Assembly (NCBI RefSeq): GCF_006345805.1
Contig: NC_043001.1
Span: 59,086,001 to 59,150,000, forward strand
DNA: 64,000 nucleotides
DNA from: Octopus sinensis
Lineage: Eukaryota
Direction: 5' to 3'
Below the pieces are notes generated by a model, which did not search any database, was not told where the DNA came from, and saw nothing but the letters and a program-made list of their open reading frames with translations. The position numbers and the translations under genes are program-made. Of the stretch, positions 50,308-62,521 are shown piece after piece (within the stretch, counting starts at the first letter, position 1; every line of letters starts with the position of its first letter).

Positions 50308-51990
50308 ATGGATTTTACAGGTAAGATAGAACCGCTGTTTTGGGATTCATCTTTGAAAGATATTCCTATTCCTTCTAGAAAGGAATTTATCTTGAAACTT
50401 GTTAATAATGTTAAAGATTTTATTTCTAGAATTAAATGGAAAGCTTTTTACTATAATTTTTATTTATTTAATGATATTGATAGTAGGAATGATAATTTTA
50501 CCTCTAAATTTAAATCTAGAAAGGAACCTCCATTTAATAAAGAATTACAATTACTTGAAGATAGTATATGGAAGGTGGTAAAAAATATTGAATTCCATAA
50601 ATACCCAAATAGAAATAATGAATATTTAAGGAACTTAGCAATTAAAATTAAAGATATGAGAAATATGGATGGTATTATAGTACAATCTGATAAAACAAGG
50701 AACTTATATAAATTAGATGTTAAATTATATGATAAACTATTAGGGAAAGAAATAATTAAAAAATATAAAATTGTTCCAGATGATATTCTTTATAATATTA
50801 ATAAGGTCTCTAACTTAGTAATGTTAAAATATGAGTTGGATAATAAAACTGAACCTTATGTACCTTTGCACCCCAGAATTACTCTTAAAGACCATAAAGA
50901 TAATTTTTATTCAGACCCTAAAGTTAGATTAATTTGCCCATGTAAATCGGACCTAGGTAAATTAAGTAAATTTATTTTAGATAAATATATCGATAAGTTA
51001 AATAAACTTAATTATTTAAAATTATGGTTTAGTAATAACAATACATTGAAATGGTTTAATAATATTAAAGATAAAAATCGTTATAAATTTATTCAAATAG
51101 ATATAGATAATTATTATTCTTCTATTAATGAAATTGTGTTTAATAAAGCGCTTATTTTCGCAATGAATAAAGTGGGTATGTCACGTGAAGAAGTTAATGT
51201 AATTAAAATGGCTAGGAAATCGCTAATTAAATATAAAAATAAATTATGGGCTAGGAATGATACTAGAGATTGTTTTGATATACCTATGGGAGCACCAGAT
51301 TCTGCACAGGCTACTGATTTAGTAGGTATTTTTCTTTTATCTGAACTCCAATTAGAAAATCTTAAGATAGAGGGTGGCTTATATAGAGACGATCTTCTAC
51401 TAGTTACAAAGAATTGTACTAATAGGAATCTAGAAGTATATAAGAAAAAACTATATAGTTTCTTTAAAAGATATGGTTTAAGTATTACTATATATAAGGA
51501 GAATTATAATGTTAATTATTTAGATGTTAATTTTAATCTTATTACTGGTAAAACACAACCATATCATAAACTTAATGAGAACCTTAGATATATAAATGTT
51601 AATAGTAATCACCCATTGTCTATTAAAAAATCGTTGATTAATAATATAAGTAAACGTATTTCATTACTCTCTTATGATATAGAGATTTTTAATAAACATG
51701 CTAATTATTATAATGAGGCCCTTAGAGGGGCAGGTTATAATAGGAATATTAAATTTTATAATATTAGTGATAAAGATTTAAATGATAATTTTCGAGATAC
51801 TTCTAATAATAATTATAATTTTGTTAGGTTTAGTGGTAAAAATAATAGATATTATAAAAATAATAATAAAAATGATAAAAATATAAATAAGAATAAAAAT
51901 AATAATAATAATAATAATAATAATACAAATAAGAATAATAAAAATAAAAAAAATTTAATAATTATTATAATAATTATATTGATAAAATAA
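50308..51990 (+). CDS. Penelope-like reverse transcriptase (N-terminal part of RT-EN polyprotein)
   Basis: SLKDIPIPS..RIKWKAF; QSDKTRN; VRLICPCKSDLGKLSK; DIDNYYSSI; IPMGAPDSAQATDLVG; GGLYRDD; NYLDVNFNL; YINVNSNHP. Confidence 0.9.
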   Translation: MDFTGKIEPLFWDSSLKDIPIPSRKEFILKLVNNVKDFISRIKWKAFYYNFYLFNDIDSRNDNFTSKFKSRKEPPFNKELQLLEDSIWKVVKNIEFHKYPNRNNEYLRNLAIKIKDMRNMDGIIVQSDKTRNLYKLDVKLYDKLLGKEIIKKYKIVPDDILYNINKVSNLVMLKYELDNKTEPYVPLHPRITLKDHKDNFYSDPKVRLICPCKSDLGKLSKFILDKYIDKLNKLNYLKLWFSNNNTLKWFNNIKDKNRYKFIQIDIDNYYSSINEIVFNKALIFAMNKVGMSREEVNVIKMARKSLIKYKNKLWARNDTRDCFDIPMGAPDSAQATDLVGIFLLSELQLENLKIEGGLYRDDLLLVTKNCTNRNLEVYKKKLYSFFKRYGLSITIYKENYNVNYLDVNFNLITGKTQPYHKLNENLRYINVNSNHPLSIKKSLINNISKRISLLSYDIEIFNKHANYYNEALRGAGYNRNIKFYNISDKDLNDNFRDTSNNNYNFVRFSGKNNRYYKNNNKNDKNINKNKNNNNNNNNNTNKNNKNKKNLIIIIIIILIK

Positions 51991-52821
51991 ATAATATTAA
52001 TAATTCCTTAAATGCTGTACATAGATATAATTCTGATAATAATTTTAATAAAATAAAGAATTATAAATATATTTATAATAATGATAATAATAATAAGGTT
52101 AATAAGAATAAAATTTGGTTAATAGTTCCTTATGGAGATCAAGTAAAAACGAATATTATTAAAGAGATTTTAGATGTTATAGAACTATTTATTAGAGATA
52201 ATCGTAAATATAGAAACATTTTCTCTATTAATAATTTTGGAGTAGGTTATTCTACCACTAATAATGTAGGTAACATTATTTCTTCATTTAATAAATATAA
52301 ACTGAATAATTTTTATAAAAAGAAATTATTTGATAATAATATTAATAATGATAAGACTTATATTAATTGTACATGTAGAGATAAATCTAATTGTATATTA
52401 AATAATAATTGTGATATTAACGATGTAGTGTATAAATGTATAGTTACATTACATGATAATAACTTTAAGAATAATAATTACCCAAAAGCGGTTTATATAG
52501 GTTCTACTTCCTCAAAAATAAAATTAAGAATCGCACAACATATGAATTCTTTTAAAAATAAAAACTTAATCAACTCAACTGGACTTAGTAAGTACATTTG
52601 GAGTCTTAAATCACTAAATATTAATTATAGTTTAATTTGGGAAATAATTTGTAAAACTAAATCATATACTATAGGAGCTAATTGTTGTTATTTATGCTCT
52701 AATGAGTTTAAAGAAATTTTATTTTATAAGTATGATAATTTACTTAATACTGGTGAAGAGCGCAAAATAAAAGTGCAGACATAAGTTACTTTACCTATAT
52801 AATAAGTTTCATGATAAATAG
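51948..52821 (+). CDS. Thumb/linker plus GIY-YIG endonuclease (frameshifted continuation)
   Basis: Frame open 51948-52784: IWLIVPY..VKTNI; CTCRDKSNCIL..VVYKC..VYIGST..RIAQH..TGLSKYIW..CYLC..LLN; a +1 shift near 52770 adds KCRHKLLYLYNKFHDK* ending at 52821. Confidence 0.82.
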
Positions 52822-53729
52822 CATTAATAGTTCCCTATTAAGGTTACTTTAGTTTAGTTTAATTTAGTTTAGATAATTATATTTATTTGGTTATGTAGTC
52901 TAGGCTTTAATTATAGTTAGTCTTTATTGATATTTCTTTGTTTTAATTAGTTCATGTTTAATGTATATTAATATAACAGTTTATGGTACGTTAAAACTTT
53001 AATAATTTATATTAGATTTTTTTATTTTCTTTAATTATATATATTTTTTTTTTAATTTTATTTTATTATGTATTTTTATTATGCATTTGTTATATGTATA
53101 TTGGAGGATATATTTATATGGATGATGGGTGTTATTTAGTGGTGTATATATTGAGTTTTGTATGTATGTGTGAATGTTTACGATCCCTTTGTTTTTTATT
53201 TGGTATGTTGAATTGACAGATTTTATTTGGGTATTGTCTGTTATAATAAAGTTTATATAGATATTTGGGTGATTGTCCGTGAATATGTAGGTGTAGGTGT
53301 GTATGTATGTGTGCATGTGTACAAATGTAAGTGTAGATGCGGGAGTGTATGAGTGCTATGTAATTGAGTGGGATTATTTATGCACTTGTATATATCAATG
53401 TTATGAAAGTGCGTGTTGTTGCACCTGTCCGCGTGTACACACTTTTAAATATATTAATTTTTATTTACTTTTTTGAAAGACTGTTTCTTATATATATGAG
53501 TATGTGATGTTATGTGTGAATGTATTTTTATATATGTATGTATATATATATTATATATATATATATATATTTTTTTTTTTTTAATATATATACATATGTT
53601 TATGCTTGTATATGTATTTTTTTAATAATTATTGAGTGTGGGAATGAATATATTGGTGCATATGTCGAGGTTTGTAAGTATGTATATGGTGTTTGGTGTA
53701 TATATCGAGGTATATACGTATGTATAGGT

Positions 53730-56700
53730 AGGTATGTGTGAGTGAGGTGGGTATTTGTATATGTCGTGGGTGTGTGGTTTATGTGTGTGTAGTTGTGTTT
53801 GAATGTATAGGTTAGGGGGATTGATATATAGGTTTGTTATAGAGTTTAGTAAAGGGAGGTTTTATCATTATATGTATTTATGAGTTTTAGTTTATCTTGG
53901 TAGTTTTAATAAATAATTTGTAGTAATTTATGTCTATTTTTGATGTTTGTTATTTTATTACATTATTCCATTCTTAATTTTAAGTAATGTTAGTTTACCA
54001 CCTGGTTATAATTTTTAATTCCATTTATTCCATTCATAATTTTAATGACGTTTGTTTCCATAGTGCTACGTATGAGCCTCAATATATGCACTGGTGATTC
54101 GCTTCCACATCCGTGCGGATGGGTGAGAGTATGCATTGAGTGTAGTGATGGGGCTCCCTTTGCTATGCACGTTTGTACCTATGTGGTAGTCTCCATGTGT
54201 ACATTCGCGCACGGGTATACGTGCGGGGGGCATACGCGCACGGCATGTGCGTGTACCCCCTCACATGTACATGTGCATGCTTGTTGGGCTCGATATGTGC
54301 AGCGGTGTGTTCGCGCCCGCATTCATGCGGATGGGTGAATTGCACAATTAAAATACGCACACGTGTGTGTGTGCGTTTTTTGGTTGTGTAGTTTGTTTAT
54401 CTGGGTGTGAGTGGGTGTGAGCGTATTGTTGTGGATGTCGAGTTTGATACGTATGTATATGGGTGTGTTTGGGGGGTTGTACGTATGTGTTGTGTGTGTG
54501 TGTTTTGCGTATGTGTGTTTGTGTGTGGATGTATATATGGGGATTCCTATGTGGGTGTAATTGGGTATGGAGGGGGGAGTTTTGTCATTCTATGGGTGTG
54601 GGTTTCATTTGTCATGGTGGTTTGTTGGTGATTTGTGGTATGTTCTGTATATTTGGGTTAGTCATGTATTGTTCTTGTGTGTGTAATTGTATACATGTAT
54701 GATTGGTGTGAGTGGGATTGCGCCCTTTTTTGGGGATGTATGTGTTTATTTGTCCGTGTGGGGTGGGAGTGGTTTTTTGGTGTATATGTTGAGGTTTATA
54801 TGTAATTTTAGGTATGTGTGAAAGAGGTGGGTATTTGTATTTGTTATGGGTGTGTGTTTTACGTGTGTGTATTTGTGTGTGAATGTATAGGTTAAGTGAT
54901 TGTTATATAGGTATGTTATAGAGTTTAGTAAGGGAGGTTTTATCATTTATGTTTTTATGAGTTTTAATTTATCATGGTAGTTTGATTAAAGAATTCGTAG
55001 TAATTTATGTCTTTTTATGATATTACATTATTCCCTTCATAATTTTTAAGTAATGTTTGTTTACCGAGTGAATATAATTTTTAATTCCATTTATTCTATT
55101 TCTCCATTCATTATTTTAAATGATGTTTGCTTCCATAGCGCGTATTCTTTTTATACATATGTTAGGTTCCTATGGTAACGTAATTTTGGTTTGATGGTTT
55201 TAACGGCTTAGAATTTAATTTCACTTCATAATTTGAAACTGACTTGAAAGTATGTATATTTTTTCTTCTTATGTTATATTGTTACTTTTGATATTCTGGT
55301 TAATTATGAAGTTTTTTTATATATCGTATTATGTGTAATAATGTTGTTTTTCTTTGGAGTGTTTATGTATGTGAGAATGCGTGTGTGTATGTGCGTATTT
55401 TAGTTGTATAATTTATTTATCTGTATGAGTGTGGGTGTGTAAATATTGTTGTATATATCGAGTTTAGTGAGTATGTATATGCGTATATGTGAGGGGGTAT
55501 ATGTATATGTTGTGTGTGTGTGTTTTACGTATGTATATTTGTGTGTGAATGTGTATATGGGTTTGTTATATAGGTTTGGGGATGTATGTGTTAATTTATC
55601 TGTGTGGGGTGGGAGTGGGTTTTTGGTGTATATTGAGGTTTATACGTTAGTATAGGTATGTGTGAGTGAGGTGGGTATTTGTATAAGTCGTGGGTCTGTG
55701 GTTTACGTGTGTGTATTTGTGTGTGAATGTTTAGGTTAGGGGGATTGCTATATAGGTTTGTTATAGAGTTTAGCAAAGGGAGATTTTATCATTATATGTT
55801 TTTATGAGTTTTAGTTTATCATGGTAGTTTTATTAAAGAATTCGTAGTAATTTGTCTATTTACGATGTTTGTTATTTTATTACATTATTTCATTCATAAT
55901 TTTTAAGTAATGTTCGTTTTACCACGTGAATATAATTTTTAATTCCATTTATTCTATTTCTCCATTCATAATTTTAAAAGATGTTCGTTTACAGAGTGGG
56001 AATACTTTTTATACATATGTTAGGTTCCTTGGTAACGTAATTTTGTTTGGTGTATATGTTGAGGCTTATATGTACTTATAGGTATGTGTGAATGAGGTGG
56101 GTATTTGTATTTGTTATGGGTGTGTGGTTTACGTGTGTGTATTTGTGTGTGAATGTATAGGTTAAAGGGATTGCTATATAGGTATGTTATAGGGTTTAGT
56201 AAAGGGAGGTTTTATCATTTATGTTTTTATGAGTTTTAATTTATCATGGTAGTTTTATTAAAGAATCCATTCATAATTTTTTTAAATAATGTTAGTTTAC
56301 CGCGTGAATATAATTTTTAATTCCATTTATTCTATTTCTCCATTCATAATTTTAAATGTCGTTTGCTTCCATAGCGCGTATTCTTTTTATACATATGTTA
56401 GGTTCCTATGGTAACGTAATTTTGGTTTGACGTTTTTAACGGCTTAGAATTTAATTTCACTTCATAATTTGAAACTGACTTGAAAGTATGTATCTTATTT
56501 CTCCTTATGTCATATTGTTATTTTTGATATTCTGGTTACTTACGATGTATTTTATATATCGTATTATGTGTAATAATGTTGTTTTTCTTTGGAGTGTTTA
56601 TGTATGTGGGATTGTGTGTGAGTGTGTGCGTATTTTAGTTGTATAATTTATTTATCTGTATGAGTGTGGGTGTGTTAATATTGTTGTATATATCGAGTTT

Positions 56701-57205
56701 AGTGAGTATGTATATGTATATGGTGTGTGTTTTACGTATGTATATTTGTGTGTGAATGTATTTATGGGTTTGCTATATAGGTTTGGGGATGTATGTGTTT
56801 ATTTATCTGTGTGGGGTTGAGTGGGTTTTTGGAGTATATATTGAGGTTTATATGTATGTATAGGTATGTGTGAGTGAGGTGGGTATTTGTATATGTCGTG
56901 GGTCTGTGGTTTACGTGTGTGTATTTGTGTGTGAATGTTTAGGTTAGGGGGATTGCTATATAGGTATGTTATAGAGTTTAGTAAAGGGAGATTTTATCAT
57001 TATATGTTTTTATGAGTTTTAGTTTATCATGGTAGTTTTATTAAAGAATTCGTAGTAATTTATGTCTATTTACGATGTCTGTTATTTTATTACATTATTT
57101 CATTCATAATTTTTAAGTAATGTTCGTTTTACTAAGTGAATATAATTCTTAATTCCATTTATTCCATTTCTCCATTCATAATTTTAAATGATGTTCGTTT
57201 CTAGA
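53730..57205 (+). repeat. Internal G/T-rich higher-order tandem array
   Basis: ~330 bp unit starting GTATGTGTGA(G/A)TGAGGTGGGTATTTGTA at ~53732, 54813, 55657, 56083 and 56864; two ~1.2-1.27 kb super-units. Confidence 0.88.
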
Positions 57206-57342
57206 GCGGGAATGTGGGTTGTATGTGTGTGTGAGGGAGTATGAATAAGTATTGTGTTGAAGTATTTGGCTATTTTATTTATTTATCGTTGCCTAGACGT
57301 TTTTATGTGTATGTATAGGGATATATATATAGGTGTGTGATT

Positions 57343-57725
57343 TAGTGTATGTATTTAGATATGGTTATATATAATTAGTTATATGTGTATGGGTGTATAT
57401 ATAGTTTATTTTTTGTTTTGTTTTATATTTAATTGTTGATAGGTTTATTTTAGTTTATATATTGTTTATATATTGATTATATATGGATTATATATAGGTT
57501 ATATATAGATTATATATTTATATTTTTTCATTAATACTTTAATTATTTTAAAATTATTATTTTTATATTTAAAATATTGATATTTTAGATTGGAAGTCCA
57601 CCTGAAGATTGTCGATCAGGACAAGAAACAATTGTAGTGGCGGTTTTTTTTACTTTTTATTAAAATTTTATGTATTGATTAAGTCTTTCCTTGTTTGTTT
57701 TGCAAAATAGTGGTTTTGTCTCTAA

Positions 57726-57737
<12 letters not shown>
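57343..57737 (+). repeat. 3' pseudo-LTR (395 bp)
   Basis: Near-identical to 49775-50169. Confidence 0.95.
57598..57640 (+). ncRNA. Minimal type I hammerhead ribozyme (second copy)
   Basis: Identical to 50030-50072. Confidence 0.85.
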
Positions 57738-57794
<57 letters not shown>

Positions 57795-58169
57795 TATATA
57801 CATATATATAATATTAAATATACATATATATGTATATATGTTTGTGAATGTATTTTCAGGCATATCTTCATGCATATATTGCTTTCTTTCTATTTATTAG
57901 TAACAAGACCCTCCCAGGGCTAACAAATTAGGACACATGTGTGCATGTGAGTATATGTTTCCGTGTAATTTGCTATAAACTTTAAAATTGTATCCTATTA
58001 TTTCGAAGGAAATATTTTATAACTTACTATTAAATGCTATTAATATATTCGAACATTACAATTAAGAACAAATTTAACGAGAAGTATTTTAATATCTTAT
58101 TAACTGCTCATTGTATGATACTAAGATGCTTATAATGCCACAACTTAAGTAAATATTATTTTCTATTAT

Positions 58170-58372
58170 AGGCAAAAGGCCCGAAATTTTTGGGAAGGAT
58201 GCCAGTCGAGTAGATCGAACCCACTCTGTAACTGGTACTTAATTTATAGACCCCGAAATGATGAAAGGCAAAGTCGACGTCGGCGGAATTTGAACTTAGA
58301 ACATAAGGACAGACGAAATACCACTAGGTATTTCGCCCGGCGTGCTAACGTTTCTGCCAGGTCGCCTCCCTA
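58170..58372 (-). mobile_element. SINE family B
   Basis: Reverse complement of 2241-2455. Confidence 0.85.
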
Positions 58373-59735
58373 CGTAAGTAAATATTAAATGTACTCGGGA
58401 AGTAGAAAGTAACTTCACATATAGCAATAGCAATTTTTTTCTTAAATATTGTTTAGGAAAACAATTTCTGGGTTTGACCTTTTAATATATTTTCTGCTCA
58501 TCATTATTGTTTGCACTGTCATGAACTTGATGATTAAAATCTATTTTCTTTAGTGTCACATACTTGAGGAACTTGAGACTTTGTAGAATACGTACGTAGA
58601 ATATGAAGTCTGCGATAAGCAAAGATAAAACTCGAGGATAAGATTCATTTCGATGAAAGCCAAAGTAATGTCATTCCACTTTAGAGAGTACATAGTCCGT
58701 TGATTAGCGAGAGGTAAGAGCCAAATCTTTCATACACATTTAAAAAGGTTCTTTTATCTCATGTGCAATTTGTTACAATTCTCTTTGACTGAACCGCCTT
58801 TCACAATACTTCTGTTAAGTCATGACTGGCACGCGGTTAAGTAATAACAACATTGCTATAACTCTTCATAATAATCTATATCTTCTTAATATATTATTGG
58901 AAAGTTTACCTCTAGTGATGTATGTTGTCTAGTTTTATAGATAATGAAATCCAAAAGATAACATGGCGAACACTAACTAGAATATGCTTGAAACTAGCTT
59001 TCTATGACTCGAAAAATTATTTATGTTGACAATTTGGAAATGAATCAGCAAAAAAGTTTTCATTGTTAGAAAGCAAAAGCAAGCAAATAATTAAATAAAT
59101 ATGAATAACAATTTAGAAGTAGTGAGATGTATAGCTTTAGTTTGAAAGCCAATCAAATACTTTGCAGCACTAAGTTTTGAAAAACGCTCCTACAAAATTT
59201 AAGTTTTAATATCTGCTATCATATAGATATATTTGAATTGATGAAATATTGTTTATGTATTTGTGTCAGTTAAAACAAATAAAAATTCTTCAAAGGTTTT
59301 TCTGTTTACAGAATATTATATTTATTGCTCGATATATTGAATGATTCCTCAACTTATGATAACTGGGTTGTTGTATTTGTCGGTAAATAATGTTTTGGGG
59401 TCATAAACTACATATACTTTACCTCTGATGAAGTTTCACAACATTCTTTGTTACTTGACATATCAAGTTACAATTTTGAAACTCCATACATCCCAATATC
59501 AAAAAATTTAAATTTCAACCGCAATGAAGTGTAGACTCCAATATTTGGACAAAGGGATCATATAACAACATTGCGTTTCATTTTTTCTGAATTGATAACT
59601 AAAATGCAAATCCACAGATCTATGTTAGTAGAAGTCTTAAAATGTCATATTTTCCAGGCTTTTGCATTCTGATATTCAATGCAAACTGAATTCGAAGAGC
59701 AGGGTTAATAATTCAGTTATATATAACTTGATACA

Positions 59736-59774
59736 CGATTATGCGTGTCTGTACGTGTGCATGTGTGTGTGTGA

Positions 59775-59824
<50 letters not shown>

Positions 59825-59897
59825 CGGTAACAGGTTCTTCAAAATTCGAAATAATAAGTTTTACGAAGTAACAGTGTCCTAGCGTTCCCGCTAACTA
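59736..59897 (+). repeat. ~150-160 bp dispersed direct repeat, copy 1
   Basis: Matches 62163-62312 apart from (GT)n length and about 2 substitutions in the unique part. Confidence 0.85.
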
Positions 59898-62162
59898 GAA
59901 TACGTCTAAACTGAAATTGGTTCCTCTTGCATGTAGGTCTATAAGCAAAACATATAAGCTGTATGCACCATGCTGCGATTTCATTCAACAATAGAATCAC
60001 ACCGGGTGAATGGAACGGGTGAATTTCTGAAGAAATTATGAACTAAAGCAATTGAATTGTCTAACAGCCCACCCAAACAATCCATTTTACGCTATGTTAT
60101 ACAGCATAATTGTTAGCGGGTATAAACCTCTGGTATTGTTGTAACTATGAGTAATATAAACTGTCATTGTGTGTTTCATAGCAGAATTACAAATATTGCT
60201 CTACATTGTTACACAGGAAAGAGTGTAACACAAGCGAATAATAAAACTAAATGTTTGCTGTGTAATGAACTTTATACATATATTGAAGTGACAATAATAT
60301 AATGTAATGTCGCAAGCCAGATGGCTCTCGTTACTCTGCAAGGACAAAAAACTCTACCATTTTTAAAAAGTAGAGGATACACTAGCAGACGCTGAATATG
60401 GTGTGATAAATATACATAATGTGAACGGCTGAACAATAGAAATTTTAATTACACAAATCCAAATAAAGCAGTTTTAAAACAGACATTTGGAAAAGAATGA
60501 GAAGTGTCTTTGGAAATATCGTTTGTAAAATATTTAATTCACGAACAGGAAATATCTACTCTCTTTTACTTTCAAGCATTTCGTGATAATTCGTGAGATA
60601 TATATGATGTTTTGTTTGACGTAGAGTATAACTGCGCGAGTTGATGAGGTGAAATCTGCAATCATCTGAATTTATTATTTCTGATGACAGATTTGTAAAT
60701 CACTGATTAGCTGGATAGATTCTAAGAAGAAGTGGTTGATTATCTGCACTCATTTGTAGTAGATATTCTGACAAAATTGGGATTCTTGCATAAAGGAAAT
60801 GCTTATGTGAAAATATCTTATCATTCAACATCGAAAAATATCCACGACCACAATTCTGGTCAGGAAGCAAAGAATTATTTTAGTTTATTTAATACATTTA
60901 AAAGCTTGAAAAATTAACTTCCATGTTAGTAACATGACACGCCTAGACAATTTAGTTAAAACCCATACTTGTTGAATAGTGATAAGTCGTTCAAGTAGGG
61001 GTAGCAGAACATGGGGAAAACGCGTGCTTTAAAGCGAAAGATGTGCACTTCAAGTTCTAAGAATGAAGAAGGACCTACGAATATATATATATACACACGC
61101 GCGCGCTGATATACACAGACAAGTACAGATAAATACACGGACAGATAGCTACATAGACAGACATACAGACAGACATACAGTCAGACAGACAAACAGTCAG
61201 GCAGATAGATCGATAGAGAGAGAGAGAAACAGACAGACAGACAGATAGATAGACAGAAAGACTGACAGAGAGGCAAACAGGAATTCAGACAGACGTACGT
61301 CAGACAGGCAGATAGATAAATAGAGGACAAAACAACTAACAGATCATCTGACCTCTACTTAATGCTTAATATTTGAAACATAATGCGTTGTTTAGAACTC
61401 TTTAAGAGAAAAACTGCAACAAAAAACGTATGGGATAAAACACCACAAACTCTATTGCTTCTGAAAGCGTAAATAAACTATGAAATTGGTATTTATGAAA
61501 CCTATTCTTTATGAGACCCGTATTTGATATAAATTTACATAAGTAAATATTCTAAACTGCATTTTTAACATTGGTGTCTTCTTGATGTGTATGTGTGTGT
61601 CTGTGTCTGTTTTTACATGTACATGAAAGTGTATGCGTGTGTATACACACACACATATATGTATACATGTGTGTGTATGTTTTGTGTGCGTATGTTTATG
61701 CTTGTGTAATTAAGTTCTGGCTTTTTATGCAACTTGATTAATCAGTTAACTTGATACACATTAACTTGATACAGTTAACTTGATACACATTTAGAAATAT
61801 AGAATCAATGGAATGAATAGAATGTGTAGAAGTTTAGAAGTTACCACCGTAAATACGCAACTGAAAGACTATGTCAAAATAATCTAACAGATTCTAACTA
61901 ATTTCAAACGCCGCCATTTTTTCTGGTGAAATTTCACGTATTAGGTTGTCATAAATTTCGCTTTTGCTTGAGAAACATATCAAATTCCCTCATCCAAGAC
62001 ACAGTTAACACTGAAATTAGAATCAAATTGCTAAATTGATTAAAGACGCCGTGATGTGTTAGTCGATTACATAAGGTTAGTTAATATACACACACATACA
62101 TGCACATAAATGTATGAATGTCTGTCTGTGTACGTGTGTGTGTATGTGTGTGTATGTATGTG

Positions 62163-62312
62163 CGATTATGCGTGTCTGTACGTGTGCATGTGTGTGTGAG
62201 TGTGTGTGTGTGTGTCTGTGTGTGTGTGTGGGGTGGGGGCGGTAACACGTTCTTCAAAATTCGAAATAATAAGTTTTACGAAGAAACAGTGTCCTAGCGT
62301 TCCCGCTAACTA
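62163..62312 (+). repeat. Dispersed direct repeat, copy 2
   Basis: ATTATGCGT occurs at its start (62165-62173) and again immediately after it (62313-62321). Confidence 0.85.
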
Positions 62313-62521
62313 ATTATGCGTTCACCTACTGTGCTATTATCTTGATCTTGCACAATGCATCGCTTTTAAATGTATTCAGTATGTAGCCTGTATCAAACAA
62401 ACACTCACCTAGATCCCGGTTTGAAGCAAGCAGCCTTGCTATATAATTTTTTTTCATTTTTATTTGATATACCACCCTTAATATCTTTAACATGTAATTC
62501 TTAATGATACATTAACAACCC

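Larger units (their letters stand above)
49775..57737 (+). mobile_element. Full-length Penelope-like element, probably Naiad clade (~7.96 kb)
   Basis: Direct terminal repeats, RT plus GIY-YIG ORF, hammerhead motifs, (TA)n on both flanks. Confidence 0.88.

Noticed and set aside
50313-50325. TTTTACAG/GTAAG splice-like site near the ORF start (some Penelope elements have introns)
   Set aside because: The ORF reads through it into a conserved N-terminal motif and no partner site can be assigned from sequence alone.
50308-52821. Selenoprotein recoding as reported for some Naiad elements
   Set aside because: No in-frame TGA in the RT or endonuclease frames.
53730-57205. CRISPR-like or gene-like interpretation of the repeat array
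   Set aside because: Units are hundreds of bp, diverged, and lack unique spacers; eukaryotic context; ORFs there are low-complexity artefacts.
59879-59898. TAGCG-TTCC-CGCTA hairpin plus CTAG as a Helitron 3' end
   Set aside because: The stem is short, the base after CTAG is A rather than T, no 5' TC end was identified, and the local duplication is better explained by templated insertion.
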